DNA of 64,000 nucleotides from Alphaproteobacteria bacterium. Lineage in GTDB: Bacteria; Pseudomonadota; Alphaproteobacteria; UBA828. Position 1 is the first letter of the stretch. Each line of letters starts with the position of its first letter. Location: assembly GCA_009691045.1 (NCBI GenBank), contig SHWC01000007.1:832-64831 (forward strand), read 5' to 3'. Shown here in pieces: positions 18,866 through 29,241 of the stretch. Made by a program: the position numbers and the translations under genes. The notes under the pieces were generated by a model. The model was given only the letters and a program-made list of their open reading frames with translations, searched no databases and was not told the origin of the DNA.

Positions 18866-19656
18866 AGAATTTTGCGCAAAGCGTCGAGCGTTGCGTCGGG
18901 TGCCTCTTCCATCATGATGTGACCAATGCCGGGCAGCATGACAACCTCCGCTCCCGTGATTCCTTTTGCCAAAGCAAGCGCAAGCTTTGGCGGGGTCATG
19001 ATATCCCGCTCGCCCAACACAAAAAGGGTGGGACACCGAACTCTAGCGGCGACCGCCTCACCGTCTTGATACGCGTTGCAGGCACGCAAATCGGCATTGA
19101 GTACACCGGGCGCCGCGCTTTCCAACACCCGCAGTCCGCCTCGCATCATCCAAAGACCGGGCACACGATGGCCACCCATCTGGGCGCGCCGGCCATAGCC
19201 CCAGGAATTTATCAGGTCGAGAGCGAGATGTTGGTTCGCCGCGGATGAGTCGAGCAATATGCCGGCCACTTTGAGCGGCACTGCACAGCCTAGTAGACCG
19301 AGGGCACGTACGCGATCGGGGTAACGGCCAGCCGCATCAAGCGCCGCGAGCGAGCCCATGCTATGACCGACCAATGCAGCCTTGGCTAGCCCCGACGCGT
19401 CCATCACCCGTATCAGCCAATCAGCGAGCGCCGGCACGCTATTGAGGGCGGGTCCTTCCGACCGGCCATGACCCGGCAGATCGAGGGCCAACACGCTGCC
19501 GCCATGCCAGGCGAAATAGCGTGTCTGAAGTTTCCAAACCGTATGATCGAAGCCCGCGCCATGAATAAATAGTGTCGCCGGACGCGTCGCATCGAACGGA
19601 CGGCCGCCCGTTGTCGCGTGGACGCGCTTGCCGTCAACGTTGAGAATCATCGTCAT
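18862..19656 (-). CDS. alpha/beta hydrolase
   Basis: FIHGAG, DLPGHGRS, GHSMG, GERDIMTP, GH; ATGA overlap with upstream gene. Confidence 0.92.
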   Translation of the reverse strand: MTMILNVDGKRVHATTGGRPFDATRPATLFIHGAGFDHTVWKLQTRYFAWHGGSVLALDLPGHGRSEGPALNSVPALADWLIRVMDASGLAKAALVGHSMGSLAALDAAGRYPDRVRALGLLGCAVPLKVAGILLDSSAANQHLALDLINSWGYGRRAQMGGHRVPGLWMMRGGLRVLESAAPGVLNADLRACNAYQDGEAVAARVRCPTLFVLGERDIMTPPKLALALAKGITGAEVVMLPGIGHIMMEEAPDATLDALRKIL

Positions 19657-20948
19657 TTTTTCTGCGATGCCTTAAGCGCGCGATCAAGGTCGTCGGTCAG
19701 ATCCTCTATGTCTTCGAGGCCGACCGAAAGACGGACCATGTCTTCACCGACGCCCGCTTTTTTCAGCGCATCCGCGTCCATTTGCTGGTGGGTCGTGCTC
19801 GCCGGATGAATGATCAGGCTCTTGGCATCGCCGACATTGGCAAGGTGCGAAAACAAGCTGACCGAATCGATCAGCTTCCTGCCCGCCTCGCGCCCGCCTT
19901 TGACCCCGAAGCAGAAAACCGCGCCGCAACCATCCGGCATCAGACGCTGGGCGCGGGCATGATCGGGATGGCTCGACAATTCCGGATAGCCCACCCACGC
20001 GACCGCATCGTGACTATTGAGGAACGCCACAATGCGGCGCGTGTTCTCCATGTGCCGCGCCATGCGGAGCGGCAAGGTTTCGATCCCTTGGAGCAAATAG
20101 AATGCGTTTTGCGGCGCCAGGCACGCGCCGAAATCGCGCATGCCCTCGGCGCGCGCGCGCATGACAAAGGCCTGAGGGCCAAATTCCTCGACGAAGTCGA
20201 GCCCGTGATAGCCGGCATAGGGCTCCGTCAAAGTCGGGAAGCGGCCCGACATTTCCCAATTGAAATTTCCGCCATCGACAATCACACCGCCGATCGCGAC
20301 GCCATGGCCCCCGAGGAATTTGGTGACCGAATGCATAATGAGATCCGCGCCATGTTCAAATGGGCGAAACAAACAGGGCGTCGGGAATGTGTTGTCGACG
20401 AGGACCGGCACGCCCTGCGCATGCGCGATCTCGGCGACCGCCGGCAGATCCATGATTTCAAGGCCGGGATTGCCGAGGCTCTCACCAAATACGAGACGGG
20501 TCTCGGGCCGAATGGCGGTACGAAATCCTTCGGTATCGCGCGGATGCACATAACTCGTCGTGATGCCGAAGCGGGGCAATGTGTGGGTCAGCATGTTGTG
20601 GCTGCCGCCATAAAGCGATGCCGAAGCCACAATGTGACCGCCCTGCCCCATCAACGTGGCGACCGCCAGATGAAGCGCGGCCTGCCCGCTGGCGGTACAT
20701 ACCGCACCCACCCCACCCTCGAGCGCGGCAATGCGTTCCTCGAGCACTGCCACGGTCGGGTTCGAGATGCGCGAGTAAATATGGCCACCGCGTTCAAGAT
20801 TGAAGAGCGAGGCGGCATGCTCCGTGCTTTCGAACACGAATGACGTGGTCTGGTAAATCGGGACCGCCCGAGCGCCTGTTGTGGGATCAGGGCGTTGGCC
20901 GGCATGTAAGGAAAGCGTATCGCGCTTTAAGTATTTCGGATCGACCAT
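19653..20948 (-). CDS. metY: O-acetylhomoserine aminocarboxypropyltransferase / sulfhydrylase
   Basis: PIYQTTSF, YSRISNPT, DNTF, PLP lysine HSVTKFLGGHG, HLANVGD, HPASTTHQQ. Confidence 0.88.
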   Translation of the reverse strand: MVDPKYLKRDTLSLHAGQRPDPTTGARAVPIYQTTSFVFESTEHAASLFNLERGGHIYSRISNPTVAVLEERIAALEGGVGAVCTASGQAALHLAVATLMGQGGHIVASASLYGGSHNMLTHTLPRFGITTSYVHPRDTEGFRTAIRPETRLVFGESLGNPGLEIMDLPAVAEIAHAQGVPVLVDNTFPTPCLFRPFEHGADLIMHSVTKFLGGHGVAIGGVIVDGGNFNWEMSGRFPTLTEPYAGYHGLDFVEEFGPQAFVMRARAEGMRDFGACLAPQNAFYLLQGIETLPLRMARHMENTRRIVAFLNSHDAVAWVGYPELSSHPDHARAQRLMPDGCGAVFCFGVKGGREAGRKLIDSVSLFSHLANVGDAKSLIIHPASTTHQQMDADALKKAGVGEDMVRLSVGLEDIEDLTDDLDRALKASQKK

Positions 20949-21015
20949 GGCGCCCCGCTCGTATCAGGGGGACATTCTAGATCAAATTAGGGCCTACACC
21001 ATGACGGGAACGGCA

Positions 21016-21051
21016 GAAGGCCCAGCATGGATTTCACCATGCCGGGCCTTC
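21016..21051 (-). terminator. stem-loop downstream of small secreted-peptide gene
   Basis: minus strand GAAGGCCCGGCATGG-TGAAAT-CCATGCTGGGCCTTC (15-bp stem with one G-U); weak U-tract. Confidence 0.55.
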
Positions 21052-21150
21052 GAAACCTAGCTTCGCCCGATCCCTTGGGACCCCGCGGCTGCGTCCTAGA
21101 CCGCGATTTCCGCCAGGCTCGAGCAGAGCCTTAAAGGCAAATGGAAAGGC

Positions 21151-21306
21151 TTACTCGCCCTTCGCGGCCTTGATGCAGGCTTCTTTCTTCGCCGCATCGG
21201 TCTCGGCTTCGCACTTCTTCATGGCGTCGTCGCTGGCATAGGCAGCGCTCGTGCCGAGAACGCCGGCGGCAACCAGGAGGGCGAGGGCGAGGGCAATCTT
21301 GCTCAT
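21151..21306 (-). CDS. small secreted protein (51 aa, two Cys)
   Basis: GGAGA RBS; MSKIALALALLVAAGVLGTSAAYA signal peptide; mature SDDAMKKCEAETDAAKKEACIKAAKGE. Confidence 0.8.
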   Translation of the reverse strand: MSKIALALALLVAAGVLGTSAAYASDDAMKKCEAETDAAKKEACIKAAKGE

Positions 21307-21380
21307 GTTGGATTCTCCGATCATTTCACTAGGACTTTGGCTCTTTTGCCAATCCGGCCGCCGGATTCGGCGACTGCAGT

Positions 21381-21408
21381 GATAACAGCCGGGCAAGCCC
21401 TTTATTCC
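21381..21408 (-). promoter_or_regulatory. putative ECF sigma promoter for the small secreted protein
   Basis: minus strand GGAATAAAgggcttgcccggctGTTATC. Confidence 0.65.
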
Positions 21409-21532
21409 AAAGATTAAGAAAAATCGGGTTCAGGCCGCGTTGCCGCTTGCCATGAAATCGCTAGAATCGCATGCCATAAGCCGAGTCCGACTGGCTCCCT
21501 ACCCCCAAATCTCGCTATTTGCCCGCCGCCTC

Positions 21533-21561
21533 GGAATAACTGTATAGGGCTAGACGTTATC
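21533..21561 (+). promoter_or_regulatory. putative autoregulatory ECF promoter (leaderless sigma transcript)
   Basis: GGAATAACtgtatagggctagacGTTATC, ATG follows at 21565. Confidence 0.65.
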
Positions 21562-21564
21562 CCC

Positions 21565-22113
21565 ATGAAACGATGGAACACAGCCTCGGACACCGATCTC
21601 GCCTTCGTACGGAGCGGGATCGAAGGCATGCTCCCCAGACTCAGGCGCTTTGCGCGTGGGCTTACGGGGAATTTGTCTGATGCAGACGACATCGTTCAGG
21701 CGGCGTGCGAAAAGGCGCTGGGCTGCGCGGAGCAATGGACGAACGGAACGCGGCTCGATAGCTGGCTTTACCGCATCGTCCATACGGTGTGGCTTGATGA
21801 GTTGAGACGGCGGCGACACCGGAGTGGCACCGGTCTGGAAGAAGCCGCTGATGAAGCCGGCGATGATGTCGTGGCTCATGTCGAAGCACGACTGCGGCTC
21901 GAAGAAGTACGTAGGTTGATGGCGGATCTGCCAGAGGAGCAGCGGGCCGTGCTGCTTCTCGTTTGCGTGGAAGGCCTCAGCTATCGGGATGGCGCCAAGG
22001 TGCTCGGCATTCCGATCGGCACAGTGATGAGCCGGCTCGCGCGTGGCCGTGCAGCCTTGTTGACGCGTCTTGGTGAAGCCCCGCGTAAAGCGGCGGATGG
22101 AAGAGGAATGTGA
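21565..22113 (+). CDS. ECF RNA polymerase sigma factor (ECF26-like)
   Basis: LPRLRRFARGL, DADDIVQ, SWLYRI, EGLSY, IPIGTVMSRLARGR. Confidence 0.95.
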   Translation: MKRWNTASDTDLAFVRSGIEGMLPRLRRFARGLTGNLSDADDIVQAACEKALGCAEQWTNGTRLDSWLYRIVHTVWLDELRRRRHRSGTGLEEAADEAGDDVVAHVEARLRLEEVRRLMADLPEEQRAVLLLVCVEGLSYRDGAKVLGIPIGTVMSRLARGRAALLTRLGEAPRKAADGRGM

Positions 22114-22943
22114 TGACGGGATTCGACGACAGAACGCTCGGCGCCTATGTCGATGGCGAACTGTCGATCGATGAGGCGCGATTCGTCGACATTGCGCTGA
22201 GTTCGGACGCAGGTTTGCGAGCGCGTATCGCGGCAATTCGCGAGGCAACGCTCGCCGCACGTGCCGCGTTCGCGTCCGTCGAGCGCGAGGCCGTTCCGGA
22301 ACATTTGCTGATTACGGTACGACAGGGCGCGCCGAAGACTCGCGTGTTTCCGCTACCGGGTGTCAATCTCTATCATGTCCGGGGTCATCGCTTCGCCATT
22401 CCGATTGCGGTGGCGGCGTCGGTTACGGTCGTCGCGGGGCTCGGCGTTCTTGCCTCCGGACTGATCGGCTCGGATCCAGCCAACCAAGTCGCTTATGAAG
22501 ATTCATGGCTTGATCAAGTGCGGCAGTCCTATGAGGGCTATGCCGATATCGGCCAGGAGGATTCGCCCGCGCTTGTCGATGCGGATGGTGCGAGCGGCGG
22601 CGAACAGCTTGGCGCTTGGTTCGGCGATCAACTGAACCGCCAGCGTGAGGTTCCCGATCTATCGTCACATGGGCTGACGCTCAAAGGCGGACGCCTCATC
22701 ATCGTCGCGGGGAAGCCCTCGGCTCAGTTTCTTTATGTATCTGAAACCGGCTCGCCGGTTGCGCTCTCCGTTGTGCCGTCAACCGGGCGCGATCAATTGA
22801 TTTCCGCACAAGGTGGCGACAAGGCGAATTTGCTTCATTGGCGCGCACGCAATTATGGCTATGCGCTGATCGGCAATTTGACCCTCGATACAATGCGGGA
22901 TCTGGCCAACGAGATTGCGCCGCGCCGTAGCCCCGCGACCTGA
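22110..22943 (+). CDS. membrane-anchored anti-sigma factor
   Basis: GTGA overlap with sigma; LGAYVDGEL N-terminal domain, one TM, VPDLSSHGLTLKGGRL periplasmic domain. Confidence 0.9.
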   Translation: MMTGFDDRTLGAYVDGELSIDEARFVDIALSSDAGLRARIAAIREATLAARAAFASVEREAVPEHLLITVRQGAPKTRVFPLPGVNLYHVRGHRFAIPIAVAASVTVVAGLGVLASGLIGSDPANQVAYEDSWLDQVRQSYEGYADIGQEDSPALVDADGASGGEQLGAWFGDQLNRQREVPDLSSHGLTLKGGRLIIVAGKPSAQFLYVSETGSPVALSVVPSTGRDQLISAQGGDKANLLHWRARNYGYALIGNLTLDTMRDLANEIAPRRSPAT

Positions 22944-22994
22944 AATCGGAACGAACAGGCCGCTAGGGAATTCGACGGCATAGGAAAACACTGA

Positions 22995-23717
22995 CTATTC
23001 GGCGAAGCCGATCGTAACGCGCCGGTTGCGTTTGCCCTTACTCTCGATCTTCAGCACCTTAATCGCGCCGATCTCAGCCACATTGGCGATGTGCGTGCCG
23101 CCGCAGGGCTGCAAATCGATGCCGTCGATCTCCATCAGGCGCACGCGCCCCTGCCCGCTCGGCGGCTTGACCAACATGGTCTTGACCAATTCGGGCCGTT
23201 GGCTGAGCTCTTCGTCACTGATCCACCGCGCCGCCGCCTTCGCACCGCCACCGATCAAGGCGTTCAGTTTCGTTTCAATGTCATTCTTATCGAGCGTGAT
23301 CTCAAGATCCTGCAAGTCGAAATCAAGCCGGCCTTTGTCCTCCGCGATCTGGCCGCCGGTGACAGGCGCCGCAACCACCGCCGTGAGCAAATGCAAACAC
23401 GTGTGGATGCGCATATGGCGGCGGCGACGCGCCCAATCGATTTCCGCCAAGGCGTCGATCCCGGCGGGCGGTAATTGGGCGCCCTCGGCCGGCACATGGA
23501 TGACGTCGTCGTCCGTCGCGCCCTTGATGGTGTCGACAATCTCGAAGCGTTGGCCGCTGATCAAACGAATCGTGCCGCGATCGCCGGGCTGGCCGCCGCC
23601 GGCTGGATAAAACACGGTGCGATTGAGCCTGATCGCGCCCGGCTCGGCCGAAACGATCCGGGCGGTGCAACTTTTTGCGTAGGCGTCGTCACGAAACACG
23701 AGCTCAGTTGCTGACAC
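22995..23717 (-). CDS. alaX: alanyl-tRNA editing protein (AlaX-M)
   Basis: TVFYPAGGGQPGDRG, HTCLH (HxxxH), QPCGGTH; GTG start overlapping cysteine synthase end. Confidence 0.9.
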   Translation of the reverse strand: MSATELVFRDDAYAKSCTARIVSAEPGAIRLNRTVFYPAGGGQPGDRGTIRLISGQRFEIVDTIKGATDDDVIHVPAEGAQLPPAGIDALAEIDWARRRRHMRIHTCLHLLTAVVAAPVTGGQIAEDKGRLDFDLQDLEITLDKNDIETKLNALIGGGAKAAARWISDEELSQRPELVKTMLVKPPSGQGRVRLMEIDGIDLQPCGGTHIANVAEIGAIKVLKIESKGKRNRRVTIGFAE

Positions 23718-24723
23718 GTCCGGCCTCCAACCAATCGGGCGCCGGCAATTTCTTGGCGCGCAAAAAGCTCGGATTGAACATTTTCGAGGCGTATCGCGTT
23801 CCGTAATCGCACAACATGGTGACGATGGTGTGGCCAGGTCCAAGCCGCTTTGCCAATCGAATCGCACCGGCGATATTGATGCCGCTCGAGCCGCCGAGCA
23901 CGAGGCCTTCGTGCTTGATGAGATCGAAGATGATCGGCAGCGCCTCCTCGTCGGGGACCTGATAAGCGACGTCGACTTTCAGACCTTCGAGGTTCTTGGT
24001 AATGCGCCCCTGCCCAATGCCTTCGGTGATCGAACTGCCCTCCGCCTTGAGTTCGCCGCTCGTATAATAGCTATAGAGCGCGGCGCCCATCGGATCGGCG
24101 AGGCCGATTTGAATCTTGGTGTTCTTCGATTTCAAAAAGCTCGCGATGCCCGCGAGCGTGCCGCCCGTGCCAACCGCGCAGATGAAACCGTCGATCTTGC
24201 CATTGGTCTGGTTCCAGATTTCAGGCCCGGTCGTCTCGATGTGTCCTTGGCGGTTCGCGACATTGTCGAATTGATTGGCCCAGATCGCGCCGTTCGGCTC
24301 CTTGGCCGCGAGGTCTCTCGCCAATCGGCCGGAATATTTCACGTAATTGTTCTCATCGCGATAGGGCACGGCCGGTACTTCGATCAGTTCGGCCCCGCAT
24401 AGTCGGAGCATGTCCTTCTTTTCCTGGCTCTGCGTATTTGGGATCACGATCACGGTACGATAGCCGAGCACATTGGCGACAAGCGCAAGGCCAATGCCAG
24501 TGTTCCCCGCTGTGCCCTCGACGATCACGCCGCCGGGCTTGAGTAGGCCGCGTTTCTCGGCATCGCGCACGATAAAGAGCGCGGCCCGGTCCTTGACCGA
24601 GCCGCCCGGATTGAGGAACTCGCCCTTGCCCAAAATCTCACAGCCGGTCGCCTCGGAGGCGGCCTTCAGCCGGACCAACGGCGTATTGCCGATGAGATCG
24701 ATAAATCCAGCTTTCACACTCAT
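23704..24723 (-). CDS. cysK: cysteine synthase
   Basis: IGNTPLVRL, NPGGSVKDR, EGTAGNTG, GTGGT, TEGIG, GGSSG. Confidence 0.92.
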   Translation of the reverse strand: MSVKAGFIDLIGNTPLVRLKAASEATGCEILGKGEFLNPGGSVKDRAALFIVRDAEKRGLLKPGGVIVEGTAGNTGIGLALVANVLGYRTVIVIPNTQSQEKKDMLRLCGAELIEVPAVPYRDENNYVKYSGRLARDLAAKEPNGAIWANQFDNVANRQGHIETTGPEIWNQTNGKIDGFICAVGTGGTLAGIASFLKSKNTKIQIGLADPMGAALYSYYTSGELKAEGSSITEGIGQGRITKNLEGLKVDVAYQVPDEEALPIIFDLIKHEGLVLGGSSGINIAGAIRLAKRLGPGHTIVTMLCDYGTRYASKMFNPSFLRAKKLPAPDWLEAGRVSN

Positions 24724-24786
24724 TTTGTGTTTTTAGCTCTAATTGGGCCCATTACAACGATGATATCAGGTTTTACGAGCGGGACT

Positions 24787-25476
24787 TCAAGGCTTTGCGG
24801 CGTCCCGCCGCCCATTGTGGGTGAGCAAATAGAGATAAGCCCCAGCGATCATGCCCGCGACTGGCCCAACAATGTAAATCCAGAAATGCTCGAGATTGCC
24901 GCTCGCCAGCAGGGGACCGAACGCGCGGGCGGGGCTCATCGCCGCGCCGCCAAAGGGCGCGAACACAATGACCTCGATGCCGACCACCGCGCCAACCACC
25001 AGTCCCGCCATTGGGCCGTGGGCACGCCGGTCGAGACCGACGCCAGCAACCACCCACATGAGGAACACGGAAAGCACAAACTCGCAGAGAAGTGCCTGTA
25101 TCGGCGAAACACCGGCCGCCAAGTTCGGCAAATTGCTGCCGATGTCGTTGAACGGACCGACCAAGGCCAAAACAAGGAAACCCGCCGCCGCCGAGCCGGC
25201 CATTTGCGCCACAATATAGCCCGGCACCACCCGCCATTCGATATGCTTGATCAGCGCGGCCGCGATTGAAAGAGCCGGGTTCACATGCGCGCCGCTCGTA
25301 TAGCCGATGGCGTAAATCACCGCGGCAAGCGCGACGCCTGAGCTCATACCGCCCGCATAGGGGCCAAGCGCGCCATTCAGGAGTCCGCTGACGGTCGGTG
25401 CCGAAGCGGCGAAAAAGACCAAGAAAAGCGTTCCGAAGAACTCGCAACCATAACGGCGAAAATCATCCCGGCTCAT
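24787..25476 (-). CDS. MIP/aquaporin family channel
   Basis: EFFGT, SGAHVNPA, second motif GAAMSPARAFGP, WIYIVGP. Confidence 0.9.
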   Translation of the reverse strand: MSRDDFRRYGCEFFGTLFLVFFAASAPTVSGLLNGALGPYAGGMSSGVALAAVIYAIGYTSGAHVNPALSIAAALIKHIEWRVVPGYIVAQMAGSAAAGFLVLALVGPFNDIGSNLPNLAAGVSPIQALLCEFVLSVFLMWVVAGVGLDRRAHGPMAGLVVGAVVGIEVIVFAPFGGAAMSPARAFGPLLASGNLEHFWIYIVGPVAGMIAGAYLYLLTHNGRRDAAKP

Positions 25477-25545
25477 GAAGCACCCTCACGCCGGACAATG
25501 CCAGCGCGCAATCATAGGGCGGGCGGGAACAAGCGCAATCGTCGA

Positions 25546-25956
25546 TCAACCGCCCATACCGCGCGGCAATTGTTCGAGCCCATCGGTGATCGCGTAGTAA
25601 TCGGCGAGGTGCTCGGTGAAGATGTGCCGCACGGTCTTGAGCCCACTTGGCTGATCGAGCGTACCGGCGGCAATCGATGTCCGGGTCGCACCATCCCGCT
25701 TCCAAAACAGGCTCGCGCCGCAATTCTTGCAAAAGCCGCGCGCGGCGAAATTCGACGATCGATACCAAGTGAGCACATCCCCGCCCTCGATAACGAGATC
25801 GCGATCGTCGGCATCGCTATAGGCGCCGACATGACCATGCCATTTAAGACACATCGAACAATGGCAATCGACCACGGGGCGCAAGCGTCCGCGCACCGAA
25901 TAATGGACCGCTCCGCACAAACAGGAGCCGGTATTTTCTTCGTTGGTCTGAACCAT
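25546..25956 (-). CDS. GFA/CENP-V family zinc-binding protein
   Basis: GSCLCGAV, CHCSMC, RGFCKNCGASLF. Confidence 0.92.
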   Translation of the reverse strand: MVQTNEENTGSCLCGAVHYSVRGRLRPVVDCHCSMCLKWHGHVGAYSDADDRDLVIEGGDVLTWYRSSNFAARGFCKNCGASLFWKRDGATRTSIAAGTLDQPSGLKTVRHIFTEHLADYYAITDGLEQLPRGMGG

Positions 25957-26080
25957 GACGCCCTCGCTGACGCTCTATCGCGGGTGAGAGGTAGTTTGAC
26001 GTTGATTAATGGCTTCCGACATACTCTTTTCGCTAGCGCGAAAAAGCGGGGACCGCCTTTGGTCCGCCGGAGTGGGATGA

Positions 26081-28228
<2,148 letters not shown>

Positions 28229-28434
28229 GGCGGTACTGGATACCCCGCCGGCGCGGGGTTTGACGATATTTCTTCGTCGTCCTCCGGCTTGACCAGAGGT
28301 GAGGCCCGAGGGACCACGGGAGCGCGCAGGATCACTACTCTATCGGCCCATCTCCCGCCGCGTTATGATGGGTAACGGCGCAAGGCCCCCGTGTGAGGTG
28401 AACGCCTGTTAAAATCGCTTTGTTGGCGCGCCCC

Positions 28435-29154
28435 ATGAAAAATCAAGTCGAGCGCGACAAAATTTCGGACGACGCGCGCAGCCAGCGGAGAGCCCCACGC
28501 GTGTCGCAGGGCATGTTTTACAACTACACGATGGGCGAGCGCCTCGCCGACCGCATCAGTCACATGGTCGGTCTCGCGGGCAGTATTCTCGGCTTCGTCT
28601 TTTTGGTGCTGATCGCAAGCGACTATGGCAGCGCGCGCGTGGTGACGAGCTTCACCATCTATGGCAGCGCGCTCGTCATTTCTTACCTCGTCTCGGCACT
28701 CTACCACGACGTTCGCGGCAGCCGCGCGAAGGCGGCATTCCGTGTGCTCGATCATGCATCGATCTATGTTCTGATCGCCGCCACCTATACGCCGGTCGCC
28801 TTGGTCAGCCTCGGCGGGGCGTGGGGCTGGAGCCTCTTTGGCATCGAATGGGGCCTCGCGGCCATCGGCATCGCGCTCAAGCTGATTTACCCGGGCCGCT
28901 ATGAAGGCCTCTCCATCGCGCTCTACCTTGCGCTCGGCTGGGCCGGGGTCGTCGCGCTTGGTCGGCTGATCACCGACGTGCCGTGGCCGGGCCTCGCGTT
29001 GATGGGGGCGGGTGGACTCTTCTTCACCCTCGGCACTTATTTCCATGCCCGCACGCGCTTTCGCTACCACAATGTAGTGTGGCATGGCTTCGTGCTGGCC
29101 GGCGCGGCGTGCCATGTCTGCATGACGTTGTTCTACATTCGGCCGACGCCCTAA
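28435..29154 (+). CDS. hemolysin III / PAQR family membrane protein
   Basis: ERLADRISH, SALYH, LDHASIYVLIAATYTP, HNVVWHGFV. Confidence 0.92.
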   Translation: MKNQVERDKISDDARSQRRAPRVSQGMFYNYTMGERLADRISHMVGLAGSILGFVFLVLIASDYGSARVVTSFTIYGSALVISYLVSALYHDVRGSRAKAAFRVLDHASIYVLIAATYTPVALVSLGGAWGWSLFGIEWGLAAIGIALKLIYPGRYEGLSIALYLALGWAGVVALGRLITDVPWPGLALMGAGGLFFTLGTYFHARTRFRYHNVVWHGFVLAGAACHVCMTLFYIRPTP

Positions 29155-29241
29155 CCGGCCGGCACCGCTTGCTCTTTCTGTCGGTGACCGCCATCTTTCT
29201 CGGATCGTTCGATTTCTTGTACCGCCCTAGGCGCAATTCTC

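Noticed and set aside
20949-21150. SAM riboswitch upstream of the metY-like gene
   Set aside because: No recognisable SAM-II/SAM-alpha or SAM-SAH consensus; the hairpin is better explained as the 3' structure of the upstream small gene.
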